Assembly (NCBI GenBank): GCA_965263035.1
Contig: OZ253580.1
Coordinates: 5,312,001 to 5,376,000 of the forward strand
DNA: 64,000 bases
Source: Acidobacteriota bacterium
GTDB lineage: Bacteria; Acidobacteriota; UBA6911; RPQK01; JAJDTT01
Direction: 5' to 3'
The notes under the pieces: generated by a model
Told to the model about the DNA's origin: nothing
What the model saw: the letters and a program-made list of their open reading frames with translations, nothing else
Database searches by the model: none
Shown here: positions 60,048 to 64,000 of the stretch, in pieces
Layout of the letters: the number at the start of each line of letters is the position of its first letter
Position numbering within the stretch: the first letter of the stretch is position 1
Translations under genes and position numbers: made by a program

Positions 60048-61322
60048 GTGAAGCCGTTTCGTTTCGTACACGCCGCTGATTTGCACCTCGACAGCCCTTT
60101 CACCGGCTTGAAGTCCAGTGTGCCGGAGCATGTTGCCACGAGCCTTCGGCAGGCGACCTTCAATGCCTATGACAACATCGTCGATCTCTGCGTCTCGGAA
60201 CGGGTGGACGCGCTTCTCATCGCGGGAGACGTCTACGACGGCGCCGACCGCAGCCTGCGGGCGCAGCGCCGGTTCATCGACGGTCTCGACAGGCTCCACC
60301 AAGCCGGTATCCGTTCGTTCGTCTGCCATGGCAATCACGATCCCCTGGACGGTTGGGAGGCACGACTGGCGTATCCCCCGAGCTGTCATCGGTTCGGGTC
60401 CGAGTTCCAGGCAGTTCCGGTCTTCGAGGACGATCCCGGGGCCGCCGTCGTGCACGGTGTGAGTTACCCGACCCGCAATGTCCGAAGGAACCTGGTCCGC
60501 CGGCTGGGCCAAGTGGATTCCCGATCCTTCAACCTCGGTCTGCTTCACGCCAACGTGGACAACGATTCGAACCACAGGGCGTATGCTCCCTGCTCCCTGA
60601 GCGACCTGGTGGAGACGGGAGTCGACTACTGGGCCCTGGGACATGTCCACACTCGACGGGTGCTGAATCTACAGAGCCCGACCGTCGTCTACCCGGGAAA
60701 CCCACAGGGTCGGCACCTGAATGAAACCGGGCCCCGCGGAGTTTATCTGGTCATGGTCGACGAATCGGGTCGGACCGAACTCGATTTTCGGCCCGTGGAC
60801 ACCGTTCGCTGGGAGCGGATGATTCTCGATATCGCCGGGACCAAAACGGAACAGAATCTGTTGGATGAGCTGCACCGGCGTATCGGCGAAGCTCTCGAGC
60901 ACGGAGAGGGCCGTTCGCTGGTGATGCGGATGACTCTGTCCGGACGAGGAGAGCTGCACCGTTTCCTGCGTCAACCCGGCTCCGTCGACGACTTGGCGGA
61001 TGAATTGAATCGGGCCTCGGCCAACCTGCACCCCTTCGCCTGGTGTGAGCGGATCGAAGACCGCACGGCAGGGCCGTTCGATCGGAGGGAGCGCCTTCAG
61101 GGATCCGATTTCGTGGCGGATCTGCTCCGTCTCTGCGACGAATCGAAGCAGGATCCCGAGCTGCTGGAAAAGCTTCGGGAAAGCCTCTCCGACCTCTTTC
61201 ATCATTGGAAGTACAGACGGTACTTGAAGGACGCGATTCCGGACGATCCCGCCCTGTGCTCGCTTTTGGACGAGGCCGAATCCCTGGCCTTGAACCTGCT
61301 GATCGAGGACGATTCGTCGTGA
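60048..61322 (+). CDS. Mre11/SbcD-like DNA repair exonuclease (YhaO type)
   Basis: HAADLHLD, AGDVYD, GNHD, LGHVH, YPGNPQGR. Confidence 0.92.
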   Translation: MKPFRFVHAADLHLDSPFTGLKSSVPEHVATSLRQATFNAYDNIVDLCVSERVDALLIAGDVYDGADRSLRAQRRFIDGLDRLHQAGIRSFVCHGNHDPLDGWEARLAYPPSCHRFGSEFQAVPVFEDDPGAAVVHGVSYPTRNVRRNLVRRLGQVDSRSFNLGLLHANVDNDSNHRAYAPCSLSDLVETGVDYWALGHVHTRRVLNLQSPTVVYPGNPQGRHLNETGPRGVYLVMVDESGRTELDFRPVDTVRWERMILDIAGTKTEQNLLDELHRRIGEALEHGEGRSLVMRMTLSGRGELHRFLRQPGSVDDLADELNRASANLHPFAWCERIEDRTAGPFDRRERLQGSDFVADLLRLCDESKQDPELLEKLRESLSDLFHHWKYRRYLKDAIPDDPALCSLLDEAESLALNLLIEDDSS

Positions 61323-64000
61323 GAATTCAGGGGCTCCAGGTCGAAGGTTTCGGCCCATTCGCCGACCACGCCGTCGGGCCTCTCGAAAATCCCGTCACGC
61401 TGATCTACGGTCCCAACGAGGCGGGGAAGAGCACTTACCTGGCATTCATCCGCACCATCCTCTTCGGGTTTCCCCGTCGCCTCGGACACCAGCATTACCC
61501 GCCGCTGTCGGGTGGCCGCCACGGTGGACGAATCGACCTTGTCAGCGGCGATGGCAGTCGCTACTCGGTGCATCGAATCCAAGGCCGAGGTGCCGGCCGC
61601 GTCACTACCACAGGCGCCGGCGGAGAAAATCTCGACGAGAGATTTCTGGCCCAACTTCTGGGACACCACAGCCGCGACGTCTTCGAGAGTGTCTTCGCTT
61701 TCACTCTCGAAGAACTACACAGCGGCGACCTGCTGGGGAAATCGAGCGTAAACCGCCAGATCTACAGTGCCGGCATGGGAGTCACGAAGCTCCCGGCGGT
61801 GATGAGGACGCTCCAGGCGGAGCGGGAAGCTCTGTTCCGCAAGGGGGGGAGCGTCAACCGGATCGCCCGTACGGCCCGAAAATTGGACGAGATCGAGGCG
61901 AGGCTCCGAGGCATCGTGACCAACGCCGCAGAGTACGGTCGCCTCACGACACGTCTCCAAGAGGTCGAGGCCAGACTGGAGGCCCTGAATCAGATCCGCC
62001 GGCACGGCCAGAATCGGCTCGACCGCCGTCGCCAGCTTCAGGATGCCTGGGAAGATTGGAATGACCTGATCACTATCGAGAGGCAGTTGTCCGAACTTCC
62101 GGTGATAGACGGCTTCCCAGCCGACGGCATACGCCGGCTGGAGGCCTTGGAGGAGCGGTTGAGGGGGGCAAGGCGGGAATACGATTCCGCCCGCACCAGC
62201 GTCGAGGAGGCCAAGGCAAAGACGACCGTCCGAATTGAGCATGATGGCATCGTCGACAGAACTGGCGAGATCCGGAACCTGGAGCGCCTGCGAGGGGCAT
62301 TCGACCAGTCGGTGCGAGATCTTCCCAAGCGCCGAGCGGAACTCGAGAACTACCAGAATGATCTGGCCAAGACGCTCCGGGAGTTGGGACCGGATTGGGA
62401 CGAACAGCGGCTGGACCACTTCGACCTCTCGCTGGCTGTCCGCGAGGAGATATCACGGCACGAGGAACGGCTGCGGCAGGCGCGGGAGGGGTTGGGGCGC
62501 AGCGAGTCGGCTTTGGAGCAGGCACAAGCCCGGCTGAACGAGGCGTCCCAATCGGTGGAAAGAGCGAAAGAGGAGTTGGAATCTGCGCCCAGGCCGAAGT
62601 ATGACGCAGCCGGAATCAGGCGGCGGCGAAATCAGATCCGAATGGCCAGAGTCCAGTTGGACCGGTATGCCCGAGAGGCCCAGCGTGCATCGGATCTGAA
62701 GCGGCAACTGGACGGTGTCTACCAGGCGGGTTCTCCAGAGGCAGGGAGCGACATGAAGTGGCTTCCCGTTCTGTGCGCTGCGTTCGGCATCGCCCTGGCC
62801 GTGGCCGGAACCATGGTCGGCGGGACGGTCATGGCCATGGGCATTGTCACGAGCTTGTTCGTGATCGGCTTGGCGGTCTACCTCCATGTCCGAAACCGTT
62901 CCGATTCCGCAATGGCGGAATCGCCGATTGCAGGTCCGATCCGCCGGTCGCTCGAAGTTGCGCGTCGGCGACTCGTGACCATACGATCCGAACTGGATGA
63001 GGCTGCCGCCGAGATGAACCTCCGGGGGATCAATGAGTCGATCGTCACCGGCGCCGAGGAGACGTTGGATGCGGAGAACTTGCGTCTCGTACAGTGGGAA
63101 CGGCTGCGGGACGTCTTGGAGCGGGGCATGGGGTCCCTGCAACGGCGAGCGGCCAGAAAAGACGAAATGGCCGAGAACGTCGAGCGGGCGTTGCGGCGGG
63201 TCGACTCCGCGAAGCAGGCGTGGGAGGCCTGGCTCGGAGAGCGCAGTTTGCGGACGAGCTTCAACCCGGAGGCCATGGGCGAGCTTCGAGGGCAGGTCGA
63301 ACTGGGAAGAAACCAATTCTCCGAGATTCGAAACTGGCGCCAACGGATCACGGCGATTCAAGAAGATATCGATTCCTACACGGCGATGGTGGCGTCGCTG
63401 GCTTCGTCCTTCGATGTCGAATTCGATACCGGTGATGGACAAGCGGTCGCCGCCGCGGCCGACTCTTTGAGCGATCTGCATGAACGGGTGGCGCAAAGGG
63501 TGAGGGATCGATCCAACGCAGCTGACGAGCTCCAGATGGCCGAGCGGGAGTTGCAGGAGCGGTACAAGCAACTGTCCGACGCCGAGGCCGAGATGGCTCG
63601 TCTTTTGCAGTCGGGCGGCGCCACGGACGCCGAGCACTTCAGGAGACGAGCCGAACGGTTCCGCCAGCGCACCGAACTCGGCCAGCGGCAGCGCGAGGTC
63701 GGGGGGCGGCTCCAGCGAATCAGTGGTCCGGGCGAGCATCAGCAATTGCTGGTGGAGAGACTCGAAAACACGGACCTTCAGTCGATCCTCGCCCGTATCA
63801 ACGAGGTGCGCGACGAACTCGGCGAAGCCGACGAAGAGATCCAGGCCCTCTCCACCGAACGCGGCGGTATCCGTAGCGATCTGGACCGGCTCATCGGAGA
63901 GGAAGAGTCATCAGGATGGCGAATGGAACGTCATCTGCTCCTGGAACAGATCGGGGGTCATGCCCGGGATTGGGTGATTCGCACGCTGGTCCACCGGCTG
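61319..64000 (+). CDS. YhaN/AAA_27 SMC-like ATPase, runs off the window end
   Basis: GTG start overlapping the previous stop; GFGPF, YGPNEAGKST, long coiled coil with two TM segments; absent from the ORF track, consistent with no stop in the window. Confidence 0.85.
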   Translation, partial: MRIQGLQVEGFGPFADHAVGPLENPVTLIYGPNEAGKSTYLAFIRTILFGFPRRLGHQHYPPLSGGRHGGRIDLVSGDGSRYSVHRIQGRGAGRVTTTGAGGENLDERFLAQLLGHHSRDVFESVFAFTLEELHSGDLLGKSSVNRQIYSAGMGVTKLPAVMRTLQAEREALFRKGGSVNRIARTARKLDEIEARLRGIVTNAAEYGRLTTRLQEVEARLEALNQIRRHGQNRLDRRRQLQDAWEDWNDLITIERQLSELPVIDGFPADGIRRLEALEERLRGARREYDSARTSVEEAKAKTTVRIEHDGIVDRTGEIRNLERLRGAFDQSVRDLPKRRAELENYQNDLAKTLRELGPDWDEQRLDHFDLSLAVREEISRHEERLRQAREGLGRSESALEQAQARLNEASQSVERAKEELESAPRPKYDAAGIRRRRNQIRMARVQLDRYAREAQRASDLKRQLDGVYQAGSPEAGSDMKWLPVLCAAFGIALAVAGTMVGGTVMAMGIVTSLFVIGLAVYLHVRNRSDSAMAESPIAGPIRRSLEVARRRLVTIRSELDEAAAEMNLRGINESIVTGAEETLDAENLRLVQWERLRDVLERGMGSLQRRAARKDEMAENVERALRRVDSAKQAWEAWLGERSLRTSFNPEAMGELRGQVELGRNQFSEIRNWRQRITAIQEDIDSYTAMVASLASSFDVEFDTGDGQAVAAAADSLSDLHERVAQRVRDRSNAADELQMAERELQERYKQLSDAEAEMARLLQSGGATDAEHFRRRAERFRQRTELGQRQREVGGRLQRISGPGEHQQLLVERLENTDLQSILARINEVRDELGEADEEIQALSTERGGIRSDLDRLIGEEESSGWRMERHLLLEQIGGHARDWVIRTLVHRL

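Noticed and set aside
1-64000. CRISPR array, DGR/retron, integron cassette array
   Set aside because: No regularly spaced repeats, reverse transcriptase, cas genes or convincing attC series seen by eye

Overview
GC-rich bacterial chromosome segment. The gene repertoire (DUF1501/DUF1553, PQQ-like propellers, ECF sigma plus Ser/Thr kinase, CehA/McbA hydrolase) suggests Acidobacteriota or a Planctomycete-like lineage; this is an inference. 1-17.1 kb is a defence/TA island associated with a duplicated DUF1501 gene. It holds a Menshen-like DUF262 + DUF3696-ATPase + effector operon, a KAP NTPase + HEPN-like pair, a solo HEPN gene, several orphan antitoxins, deletion relics, and a complete IS1595 (26-bp TIRs, 8-bp TSD) with passenger genes. 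17-36 kb is metabolic. At 36764-46666 a ~9.9-kb tail-less, capsid-forming element splits a sodium:solute symporter gene in frame at a 6-bp TTGAAG core. It encodes TerL, HNH, HK97 capsid, protease, connector, portal and a Cre-like recombinase, and carries a degenerate tRNA-Leu(UAA) and two highly structured non-coding tracts. Downstream lie an animal-like alkyl-DHAP synthase paired with a DHRS7B-like SDR (candidate ether-lipid pathway), an ECF-STK-lipid cluster, and an SbcD/YhaN pair running off the window. All family calls come from motif recognition, not database searches.
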